NCBI GenBank assembly: GCA_963514005.1
Contig: OY740809.1
Span: 33,418,001 to 33,482,000 of the forward strand
Length of the DNA stretch: 64,000 nucleotides
Reading direction: 5' to 3'
Source: Raja brachyura
Taxonomy: Eukaryota
Shown here: in pieces, positions 37,901 to 49,900 of the stretch
Layout of the letters: the number at the start of each line of letters is the position of its first letter
Numbering within the stretch: the first letter of the stretch is position 1
Position numbers and translations under genes: made by a program
The notes under the pieces: model-generated
Seen by the model: the letters and a program-made list of their open reading frames with translations, nothing else
What the model was told of the DNA's origin: nothing
The model's database searches: none

Positions 37901-40900
37901 ACCAAGAATGCATTTGTGGAATTGTTTTCCTTTAATCATCTGAAAGCCTGATCCGATAAAATGTTTTGATAAGGTTTGCCTGCTTAGAAACCAACCCAAA
38001 AAAGATTAATGGAACCTTTGCTGCCATCATCATTATTCAGGAAATCCCATAGTAACTAATCTCTTATTTCCTGAGCATGGCTTCTTTCACTTTGGCTGCA
38101 GTTGAAAATTAACCAGATTTTTTAATCTCAGGAATTGCTTTTTGAGTGAGAATCACCACAAGATTAAAAAGGAGCAATAACAGAGCATTATTAATTAGAT
38201 TTAATTTATTTTGTAATTTATTCAATGAATATGTTGTTTAAAATATCTAAAACCATTGTAAGCTGTGAGGCAGACATTTCATAACTATCTAAATTCCAAA
38301 ATTCATGCCAAAATAACAATTGGGGTGATGTAATTATTTTCTGATTTAAGATGATTAACCACATAATACAGGCGGAACAGTGGTGCAGGTAATTGAGTTG
38401 CTAATTCGCAGCTCCACCTCTGGTGCCTCTACCATTTGCATTTTCCCTCCTTGCTTTCCTTTGTGTGTGTTATACTTTCTTAGCGCATTCCAAAGATGTG
38501 CGGGTTGTTAGGTCACTATAAATTGTACTTTAGTAAATTAATCTGTGGTGGGTGAGGGCAGTTGATGGGAACGTGAGGATAATTTTTTAAAAAGGCGGAC
38601 GTTTCCATGCTGTACTCTGACATTTGATGGAGATAATGACATAAGAATTAGGAGCTTGATCCTGTTCATTAAGATCATGGCTGCATTGTGCCCATGTCCT
38701 TTAATTACTTAATATCCATAAATAACACTTTTAAATGAAAGTAATGGCTGAATCTCTGCAACCATCCCAGATGGACAATTTTTTTTTTTTAAATCACCAT
38801 CGTCTGAGTGAACAAATTCCTTCTCATCTCAGTCCTGGTTATCCCACCCATAATTGTGAGATTGTGACCCTTGGTTCTAGATTCCACTACCATGGGGAAA
38901 GATCTAGCCTGTTGTGCCCTATAAGAATTCCAATTTTAAATTGGGTCACATCTTAATAGACTGGGCATCATGGGCCAACTCATCATTGCTAGAACTGGAG
39001 CAGTGCACCCAGTGCTGGACTTACCTATAAGCTAAATAAACTATAGCTTAGGGCCACACACCCTCAGGGGCCTCACTTTTTGAAATATTTTTATTTTATC
39101 ATTTTTTACCCGAATTATTTTTAGCAAAGGGCCTCAAATTTCATACAGCTTAGGGCCTCAGCAGGTGAAATCCAAGTATAGTTTTACCCATTTTCTATAT
39201 ATTTGCAGTGACACCACTGTAATCCTATACTCAAAGCCATTTAGTAAAAAATGGTCATATGCCATTTGCTTTCCTAACTGCATGCCTCATCTACCTGTTG
39301 GCTTTTCGTGACTTATGTTCTCAACTCTTTTCTGAACATCAACATCTGTCATTCAGTCACCATTTTTGGTTTTTTATAGTAACGTGAATGACCTAAAATA
39401 TATTCTACATGGTTTTTAATCAGCTATGTTCACATTCAACCCATCTATAATCCTGCACCTATATTTGTACCATCATCTAGTTTGGAATTATGATGTTTGG
39501 TTCCCTGCAGAAAGCCACTGATCACACCCTGCCAACCTGTTAAAGGACAATTGATTCCCATTCTTTGCTTCCTGTGCATTAACCGATCTCATTCACTAAT
39601 GTTACATTACTTCCAATTCCATCTGCTTGTGGTCCAACTTTCTGTGGGACCATCTTAAAAGCCTACCGAAAATCTAAGTTTATCATTCCCATATTATTCG
39701 ACATCAACTCCTTAAAGTTATCCAGTAGATTAGTCACAAATGATTTTGCTATCATAAATCCATTTTGACTCTCAATCTTACTCTTCTTTCTCAGTGTTCT
39801 GTTATTAGTGGCTTCATTTTGATTCCAGTTTTCCAACAACTGACATTTAGGCTAACTGGTCATAAGTTCCCTGTTTTTCTCTCCTTCCTCAACTAGTCTA
39901 GTCGCATTTGCTGCTCTCCAATCTGTGGGGGCCCTTCCAGAACCTGTAGAATTTTGAATGATGATAGCCAATGCATCCGAAAACCCTAGTTACGGTTTTC
40001 AAAACCATAGAATATAGATCATCCTTGGGGCTTCTCGGCTTTCATTTACCACCAACTTCTCTAGTACTTTTGTTTTAACTAATGCCAATTTTAATCAGTC
40101 CCTTGATTCTTTCAACAGTTATGTTTGTATATGCTGTGAAGGCAGAAACTGTTTCATTGGCATTATAAGTTCTCTCTGTTGGGTACACACATTTTTACTT
40201 TCTAGCCTTTTCAGTTCTACATAGCTACTGAAGTTCTTGCTGTCAGTTTAGATGCTTCTCAGTAGTTTACACTATCCACCTTATCAGTTTCCTGGTCAAC
40301 CTTTGAGTTCTAAAATGCTTCCAATCTCTAGGCCAACTGCTATTCCTGGCAAATGTACAAGCCCTTTCCTATGACAATACTACCTTTAATTTCTCCTGTT
40401 TGCTACAGACATTTCCTGTTGGGGTTTTGTGCCTTGAAAGAATATCTGGATTTCACAATTTGTTTTAAAATGCTCTCAATTATCTGTCTCCTGCTTTCTT
40501 TAAAAGGACCTTTCTAAACCATCACAGTCACATTGCTGCTTATAACTTGGTAGTTTCCTCTGTTAGATTTAAGAAACTAATCTTGAATTTGTCTTTTAAT
40601 TAGGTGTATGATAAGTAACCCATCTCTTTGTTGCTGCTAAAGCAAAAGTGCATGTGGTAATTGTATCTTATAGTATCTAAAACTAATAACTTTATCCACA
40701 TACAGGCCATGGTAATTTCAGGATTGCATCCTGTAAAGAAGCTTGGTGGGCCAGAGGTAAATTGGTTACAATTGTCCTGTGAATGCTGATATTTTATTTG
40801 CTCAAGCAGATCCCATCAGCGCTGAGTTCTATTTTAGTTGCTAGACAAGAGACATCAGTTTTTCTATTCTTGCAGTTCCAAAAACTAACTCTGAAGATTT

Positions 40901-43900
40901 CCCAATGCTGCAGCTTTATGAATGCCTTTTAAACAGTGCATGGCTGGTTAAAGGTTGCATGAAGTAATGACCATACTTTTTCCAAAATAAAAGCTACCAA
41001 ACATGCAAGTGAATGCAAGTGTTTATAATATTTTATATTTTATTCTTGTTTTTCCTTTCCTCCTTTTTTTTCTAAAATGTCACTCCTGCTATCATTTTTT
41101 ATCAATTTTTAAGATCAAATTTAAATATCCACCTAGGAAAATCCCCGAAACCCAAGTCTTCACCACATTCTTTTGATATTTTTCCCTCATTTGCCACCTT
41201 TGGTCTCTTTTCTCTTTGCACACCTTTTCTTTAAATTTCATACTTACTTTCCCATCTTGCATTTGTTCAATTCTTTTCTTCTCTTGGTCTTCTGTCATAA
41301 AAGCAGACAAAGAAAATGCCTCTGTTAGTACAGGAAGAAGATGAGGTAAAAGAAGAGCAGGAAACCACAGGGACTGCGCTTGCACAAGAAAGCAATGAAG
41401 ACAATTCTCAAAAGGTTTCCATTCAGATGCCTGATGACAAAAGTAAAACAAAACCTTGTCACCCCTATTCGATAACACTTGATCGCCCTCGTGTTTCCTT
41501 CATAATGTCACTCCTACTAGTATTTGTGATGGCAGTTTGGTGGCTTATCTTTATATGACCAAGAAATGGTGCTGTAGCTGAAACCTTTCAAAGCTTGTTC
41601 TTTTTTGAGCTGTACTTTTTTTAAATTCTACATTGTTCTGAAATTCCTCTCTTTTTAACAAAATCCCTGTCCAAATTGTATTTCTTGTTTGTCATTTACT
41701 AAACTGTACTGACATTTTTATTTCTGTTACGCTGAATTGAATGACATCATTAATGTTATCCTCTCTTTCCTGTGAAGATATCTATTTGTGTTTGTGCTAT
41801 GGGATGCCATGTCATTTGTAACCAGTTTCAATACAACATTAATGAAGATTTTGCCATTTACATTTCACACTTTAAATCCCTTTCAAAGGCAGATTTAACC
41901 AAACTCTTGTTATTGAAGTAAAGTAATTTGAAAGGTGGCACTCACATTTTCTGTAAAAAATTTATGGTCTCTAAGAAATGCAGCCAATTTTGTATGTATT
42001 TCTTTGATCTGGTTTTAAAATTGACACTTTTATTTACTGGTGTTATGCTGTGAACCAATGATTGTATATTAAAAATGTCAATAGCAAAGTATAATATTTA
42101 GCATTGATGGCAGAAAGATACTACTTTCAGCTTCAGTTAATTAAGGCCAGGTGAACTGCAAAAATATTCTAACATCTCTATCTAGAATGTTGTATTTAAA
42201 TTCAGTATAGTTGATAAATTACTATATTAGTATTTGCAGCACATCAATATTTCAAAATACTACAGTTTCCATTAGGAATGAAGATAGTATTAAGCCATAT
42301 TCAAATTAAAATATTTTTTTTAATTGCAAGAGTTTACATTTAATTGTGAGTGGATAGACAAGTGCACTAAGACAGATACAGAAATATTATTATTCAGTCG
42401 GGTGTAAATTTTCTTTATACTTTTAAGTAAAGGAGTTCACGATAAGCAGTTTAATTTTGTTAAAAAGTTTGCTGTGCATTTTGTGGTAAACTCAAGAAAA
42501 TGTAATGAGACCTCAGTTGCCATTTTAGATTGATGAATCGCCAGGGCCTACTTTTTTTCTTTTTCTGGCATCCCTCAAGTTTGTACACTAGGCAGAAGAA
42601 TTTGGTCCAAAACTTTTTGTGTATGTCATGTGTGGCAAGTTTGTTTCAGGTATATAATATGTACACAGAGACCAGTAGTCACGTGCAATGATTAAACAGC
42701 GTGCAAGACCCATGGTGTATATCTAATAGAGCCGTTGCCTTGATCTTCATAGGACTAAAGTATTATTGTGAGAGGAGCTTTGTGTGTATGGACGAGACTA
42801 CCTACATACGGCCTGTGTACGTTGCCTCTTGAGATGCAGACATTTTCTAAGCTATGATGTTGTTTTTGCCTGCAAGTATAAAGCTATGATACATGCACCT
42901 TAATATCAGCAATTTGATGCTTTTGTGAATTAGCATAACATGGGGAATGGCATGCCTGAGGAATTCAAGGCTTTATTTATGTTCATTTATCCAAATGATT
43001 TAGCCTTGGTATGAAAGGAGTGAGATCAGTGTTTGCTACTATCAAGGTCAAGTGCATAACATATTCTGAATAAAATGAAAAGGAGACTGATCTTTTACCA
43101 CAGTTATCAGAATTGTTTGGACAAAATTTGAATGAAAATGTAGGCTTATATAATGTTGAAATTATTACAAATGAAAGAATAGATCTATCTGGAATCTAGA
43201 TAGATTTTAAAAAGCAAGAAGGGCCAGAAAAAATGGTGAATAGAATTTTGTTTAATATATTGGCAATATATTTTCTATTAATAGAAGAAATGTGCCTCAA
43301 TTGCATTCATCTGCACTTTTAGGAATTTCAAAATATATTAGAACCATGTTCTGTAAGAGTTCAGGAAAACAATGCCAGAAATGATAAATCATAGTTTTGA
43401 GGGAAAAGATTAAATTGATTTACTTTTTCATCTGAAAAAATTAAGTTAAAATGAAATCACCTAAAGTTGTACAAAGTTATTATTTCTGTTTTGTTGGAAA
43501 ATTGGTAAGCGGTGAAAATAGAATCAAGATTAATGTTGGGAGGTTGTTAAAAGAATATATGTCCAACTAGAATCTTGTTTCAGCAAAAGATTTTTCCTTT
43601 GTAAAATGTAGAAGGATTTTGTGCAAAGTAGGCAATGGATTAAAGGTATGTAATTGAGGAACTTGGAGCTGTACAACTTGGAAAAATACCTGCTGAATCT
43701 CCTAAACTCAGTTCAGTTTCATTTATTGTCACGTGTACCGAGGTACAGTGAAAAGCTTTTGTGTGCGAACCAGTCAGCGGAAAGAATGCATGATTACAAT
43801 CGAGCCATTCACAGTGTACAGATACGTGATAAGGCATAACGTTTTGTGCAAGATAAAGTCAGCAAAGTCCAATCAAAGATAGTCCGAGAGTCACTAATGG

Positions 43901-46900
43901 GGCAGATAGTAGTTTAGGATTGCTCTCTGGTTGTGGTAGGATAGTTCAGTTGCCTGATAACAGCTGAGAAGAAACTGTCCCTGAACCTGGAGGTGTGCAT
44001 TTTCACACTTCTATATATTTTTCCCCATGGGAGAAGAGGAAGTGGCCAGGGTGCGACTCGTCCTTGCCAAGGCAGTGTGAGGTGTAAATGGAGTCAATGG
44101 AAGGGAGGTTAGTTTGTGTGGTGGTCTGGAAAGCATCCACAATTTGCTGATATTACTTGTGGTCATGGATGGAGTTGTTCCCAAACAAAGCATCGATGCT
44201 TCCAGATAAATTGTAAATTCTACCAGTCGATCAATAGCTTGCAGTTTCCTCTTGTAAGTAATATAAAGTGAAATTCCAGGAAAAGGGCCACAAATTTGTA
44301 ATAGGATTATTCCAAAAGTATTTAGTGATAATGTAAATAAATGCCTAATGGTTCATATGAAATCTGTTTGGCCCTTATAAACTGTCAAGTCTATTGTCGT
44401 CTTGTTTATTCACTTTTTAGGGTCTGTGCATAACTGGCAATACTGGCAGTTGAATGTTCATCTCTCATTGACCTTGAGATTGTGTGCTGAATCATCTTCT
44501 TGCTGCCATAATTCTGTTGAAGGAACTCCTAGGGTGTTAGGTAGGGAGTTCCAGGATTGAGACTTGGGGACAATGAAGGCAATCTGTAGTCATTATGTCA
44601 TACAGCCTGGAAATGGATTCAGCCCAACATCCGTGCCGACCAAGAGGTCCCATCTAAGCTTGTCATATTTGTCCACATTTGGCCTATATCCCTCTAAATC
44701 TTTCCTATCTATGCACATATGGCTGATGTTTTTTGTCCTCGGTGGTGGCAGAGGTCACATATTTAGGAGGTGCTGACTGAGGTGAGCATGACATTTTGTA
44801 GATGATGCACACTGCAGCAACTGTGCATTTGTAGCAGAGGGAATGAATCTGCAGGTTGGGGACCAATCAAACAGACTGCTTTGGCTGGTATGGTGTTAGG
44901 CATAATGAGCTGACGTCATTCCGGCAAGGGGGAGAGTATGTTTGGGAGCTGGTGCTAAGCCTTTGGGGTGTTTGCTGTTTCACTTATATCGGGACACCCA
45001 GCTTCTGGCCTGCTCCTGATGCCACAATTGCTCAGTGATTACCCGGCACCACCTCCCACACCTGCTCTGCTCCAAATCTTATGATTGAAATAAGATCATT
45101 GATGAAGCAGCTCAAAATGGTCAGGCTATAATATTAGAATGAGGAACAAATGTTGAAGTTTCATGAGGCTGGGTAAATGACCTCCAGGGACTGTAATGAT
45201 AACTATTTCATTAATGTGACAAATGACTCCAACCATTGAACTGCCTTCCCCTTGATTTTACTCTTTGCCTAAAATAATTTTGGGTTTATACTCAATCTAC
45301 CAGGTAAGATTAAACATACAGAGTTTTTTTTTGTAGAAAGTAAAAGTCAGCTGCAATATCTACAGCTTCTTGATTAGTACAGGTGTCAGAGGTTATGGGA
45401 AGAAGGCAGGAGAATGGGGTTAGGAGAGAAAGATAGATCAGCCATGATTGAATGACAGTCGACTTGATGGGCTGAATGGCCTAATTCTAGTCCTATCCCT
45501 TATGACCTTATGATCATTGATGCCGTGTTACAGTGCCTCAATTTAAAGTTTCTAAATCCTTTCACTGCTGTACCTATCTCTACAACTTCACCCCACCAAA
45601 TAAACCTCTGAAAATCTCTGCGCTCTCCTGCCATCGTGAACATACCTTCTCTTAATTACTGCACTATTGTTCTTGTGCGTTCAGTAAATGGACCCTTATT
45701 TCAATTCCTTCCTTATACAGTGCCCTCCATAATGTTTGGGACAAAGACTCATCATTTATTTATTTGCCTCTGTACTCCACAATTTGAGATTTGTAATTTA
45801 AAAAAAATCACATGTGGCTAAAGTACACATTGTCAGATTTTATTATTTTTATACATTTTGATTTCACCATGTAGAAATTACAGCTGTGTTTATACATAGT
45901 CGTCCCCCCCCCCCCCCCCCCATTTCAGGTCATCATAATGTTTGGGGCACATGGCTTCACAGGCGTTTGTAATTGCTCTAGTGTGTTTAATTGCCTCCTT
46001 AATACAGGTATAAGAGAGCTCTCAGCACCTAGTCTTTCCTCCAGCCTTTCCACCACCTTTGGAAACTTTTGTCATCATGTTGATAAACAGCAATAAAGGT
46101 TCTACCAATGAAAGTCAAAGTAGCCATTATGAGACTGAGATACAAGAATAAAACTCTAAGAGACAGCAGCTGAACCTTAGGCTTACCAAAATCAACTGTT
46201 TGAAGCATCATTAAGAAGAAAGAGAATACTGGTGAGCTTACTAATCGCAAATGGACTGGCAGGCCAAGGAAGACCTCCATAGCTGATGACAGAAGAATTC
46301 TCTCTATAATAAAGAAAAACCCCAAAACACCTGTCCGACAGATCAGAAACACTTTTTAGGAGTATAGTGTGGATTTGTCAATGACCACTGTCTGCAGAAG
46401 ACTTCATAAACAGAAATACAGAGGCTATACCGCAAGATGCAAACCACTGGTTAGCCGCATAAATGGGATGGCCGGGTTACAGTTTTCCAAGAAGTACTTA
46501 AAAGAACAGCCACAGTTCTGGAAAAATGTCTTGTGGACAGATGAGACGAAGATTAACATATCAGAGTGATGGCAAGAGCAAAGTATGAAGGAGAGAAGGA
46601 ACTGCCCAAGATCCAAAGCATACCACTTCATCTGTGAAACACGGTGGTGGGGGTGTCATGACCTGGGCATATATGGCTGCTGAAGGTACTGGCTCACTTA
46701 CCTTCATTGATGATACAACTGCTGACGCTAGTAGCATAATGAATTCTGAAGTGTATAGACACATCCTATCTGCTCAAGTTCAAACAAATGCCTCAAATCT
46801 CATTGGCCGGCGGTTCATTCTGCAGCAAGACAATGATCCCAAACACACTGCTAAAGGAACAAAGGCGTTTTTCAAAGCCAAAAAATGATAAATTCTTGAG

Positions 46901-49900
46901 TGGCCAAGTCAATCACCCAATCTGAACCTAATTGAGACTGCCTTTTATATGCTGAATAGAAAACTGAAGGGGACTAGCCCCCAAAACTAGCATAAGGTAA
47001 AGATGGCTGCAATGCAGGCCTGGCAGAGCATTACCAGAGAAGACGCCCAGCAGCTGGTGATGTCCATGAATCGCAGACTTCAAGCTGTCAATGCATGCAA
47101 AGGATATGCAACAAAATACTAAACATTACTACTTTAATTTATATGACATTGCTGTGTCCCAAACATTATGGTGCCCTGAAATGGGGGGTCTATGTATAAA
47201 CACTGCTGGAATTTCTACATGGTGAAACTAAAATGTATAAAAATGGCCTTTATTAAAATCTGACAATGCCCACATGTGATTTTTTTTCTATTGCAAATCT
47301 CAAATTGTGGAGTACAGAGGCAAATAAATAAATGATGGGTCTTAGTCCCAAACATTATGAAGGGCACTGTACCTCATCATATTTTCTCCCTAACTTTGTC
47401 TGCATCAGTCAAATTAATATATACATTTAAACAAGTGTTACTGAACACAACCAGATCACAAATTGGACGTAATAAATCTAAAAGATAAGAGGTAACAAAT
47501 TAAACAAAAGGCCTGTCAAAAATCCAACATACTCAAGTTCCTCTATTCCTTTGCAATGATAAACTTTCCATATTATTTCAGCAGCATCACAGAATTCTTA
47601 GAAATGGAGAGAAAACAAATCTCCCCTTCCAATACACAGTTCAATTACATCCTGCCATGATAATTTTTCACTTGGATCCATGCTTAAACTTTTTCTTGGA
47701 TGAGATGGGAGAGAAACCAAAACAGAGGGATTAATTATTTATAAAACCCACAACCGTCAACAAAACATACTAGTGCAGTAAGTCAGTATAACATTTCTTC
47801 TAATTAGTGAAATGTAGCTAAGAAAGGAAATAATCTATAATTGTGGCAATATTCCTACAGCAATATTGTAGTGAAGTAGCACTAGATTATGTGCTTCAGC
47901 CTTATAATTGAAGTCACAGAAGTAGCTCCTCCTGCTAAGCACCTACAAGTCGATCAAAAGTGAAGATACCATTTTACTCTGTAGTAGCAGTAACTGCAGA
48001 TATCATGGTACTTGATTTTGGAAATATCTTGTGCAAGATGATGGATTAGAAATTGTTACTTGAAACTAAAAGGTTGAAATTAATATAGCTTACATAAATA
48101 ACATCTGTAAGAAGAGGCACAAATGTTTGTCATATGCATCAATGATCTGGATGATGGTGTGGTAAATTGGATTAGTAAGTATGCAGATGATACTAAAATA
48201 GGTGGTGTTGTGGAAAATGAAGTAGATTTTCAAAGTCTACGGTGAGATTTAGGCCATTTGGAAGAGTGGGCTGAAAGATGGCAGATGGAGTTTAATGCTG
48301 ATAAGTGTGAGGTGCTACATCTTGGCAGGACAAATCAAAATAGGACGTGCATAGTAAATGGTAGCGAATTGAGGAATGCAGTTGAACAGAGGGATCTAGG
48401 AATAACTGTGCATAGTTCCCTGAAGGTGGAATCTCATGTAGATAGGGTGGTAAAGAAAGCTTTTGGTGTGTACACAAAAGGCTGGAGAAACTCAGCGGGT
48501 GCAGCAGCATCTAAGGAGCGAAGGAGATAGCGACATTTCAACATCAACCCTGTCTATCCCTCTCCTAATTTTAAAGACCTCTATCAAGTCCCCCCTTAAT
48601 CTTCTGCGCTCCAAAGAATAAAGACCTATCTTGTTCAACCTTTCTCTGTAACTTGGGTGCTGAAACCCAGGCAACATTCTAGTAAATCTCCTCTGTACTC
48701 TCTCTATTTTGTTGACATCCTTCCTATAATTAGGCGACCAAAATTGTACACCATACCCCAGAATTGGCCTCACCAATGCCTTGTACAATTTTAACATTAC
48801 AACCCAACTTCTGTACTGTAATGTTAAAATTGTACAAGGCATTGGTGAGGCCAATTCTGGGGTATGGTGTACAATTTTGGCCGCCAAATTATAGGAAAGA
48901 TGTCAACAAAATAGAGAGAGTACAGAGGAGATTTACTAGAATGTTGCCTGGGTTTCAGCACCTAAGTTACAGAGAAAGGTTGAACAAGATAGGTCTTTAT
49001 TCTTTGGAGCGCAGAAGATTAAGGGGGGACTTGATAGAGGTCTTTAAAATTATGAGAGGGATAGACAGAGTTGACGTGGATAAGCTTTTTCCATTGAGAG
49101 TAGGGAAGATTCAAACGAGGACATGATTTGAGAATTAAGGGACAAAAGTTTAGGGGTAACATGAGGGGGAACGTCTTTACTCAGAGAGTAGTAGCTGTGT
49201 GGAATGAGCTTCCAGTGGAAGTGGTGGAGGCAGGTTCGATTTTATCATTTAAAAATAAATTGGATAGGTATATGGACGGGAAGGGAATGGAGGGTTATGG
49301 TCTGAGTGCAGGTAGATGGGACTGGGAGAACGTAACTGTTTGGCACGGAGTAGAAGGGCCGAGATGGCCTGCTTCTGTGCTGTAATTGTTATATGGTTAA
49401 ATTTGGGATATCTTTGTCTTGTCTTCAAATGGCGAACTGATGTGCCAAAGGTAAATGTATGTAGCATTTAAACAAATAGCATGTAAATAATATGCAAGAC
49501 TGAATAAGTTATCATAAAAGAACTCGGCTGATAAGTTCACATCAGCAGTCATTCAAATGAAGGTGTTCCTTTGGACTTTCACGTTACGCAGGTGCTTCAC
49601 AGTTGCATCTCAGGTGGCTGTGAAATACAGATTGCAAATAGAATTGTTGTGAGAGTGGTAGTGTAAAACAGGCAGCTGTGTATAAATATATTTAGCTGTT
49701 GTAACATACAGGGCAAGGTTTTTGCACTAGGGTGGGGGAGAGCAATTGGTTTGTGGGGAAAAATTATATTAGGAGGTAATCGTGAACTGTAAAAGCAATT
49801 TTTGAAAAAAATTGTTACATTAAACCAGATATTTCAATTGTCAATCTGAAAGAAAATCAAAAGTTCAATCTAAAGATGAGTTTAATAATTTATTTTTATA

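Noticed and set aside
39014-39178. Possible hAT-like MITE with repeated (tagctt)agggcc(tc) motifs
   Set aside because: Only one terminus is recognisable and no TSD was found; too weak to call.
41114-41155. Possible 42-nt exon ([14 protein letters not shown]) after a pyrimidine tract
   Set aside because: Weak AAG acceptor and no credible donor (caa|gtcttc); the frame hits a stop shortly after.
46029-47122. Active or domesticated transposase
   Set aside because: In-frame stops and frameshifts split the Tc1 transposase into short pieces.
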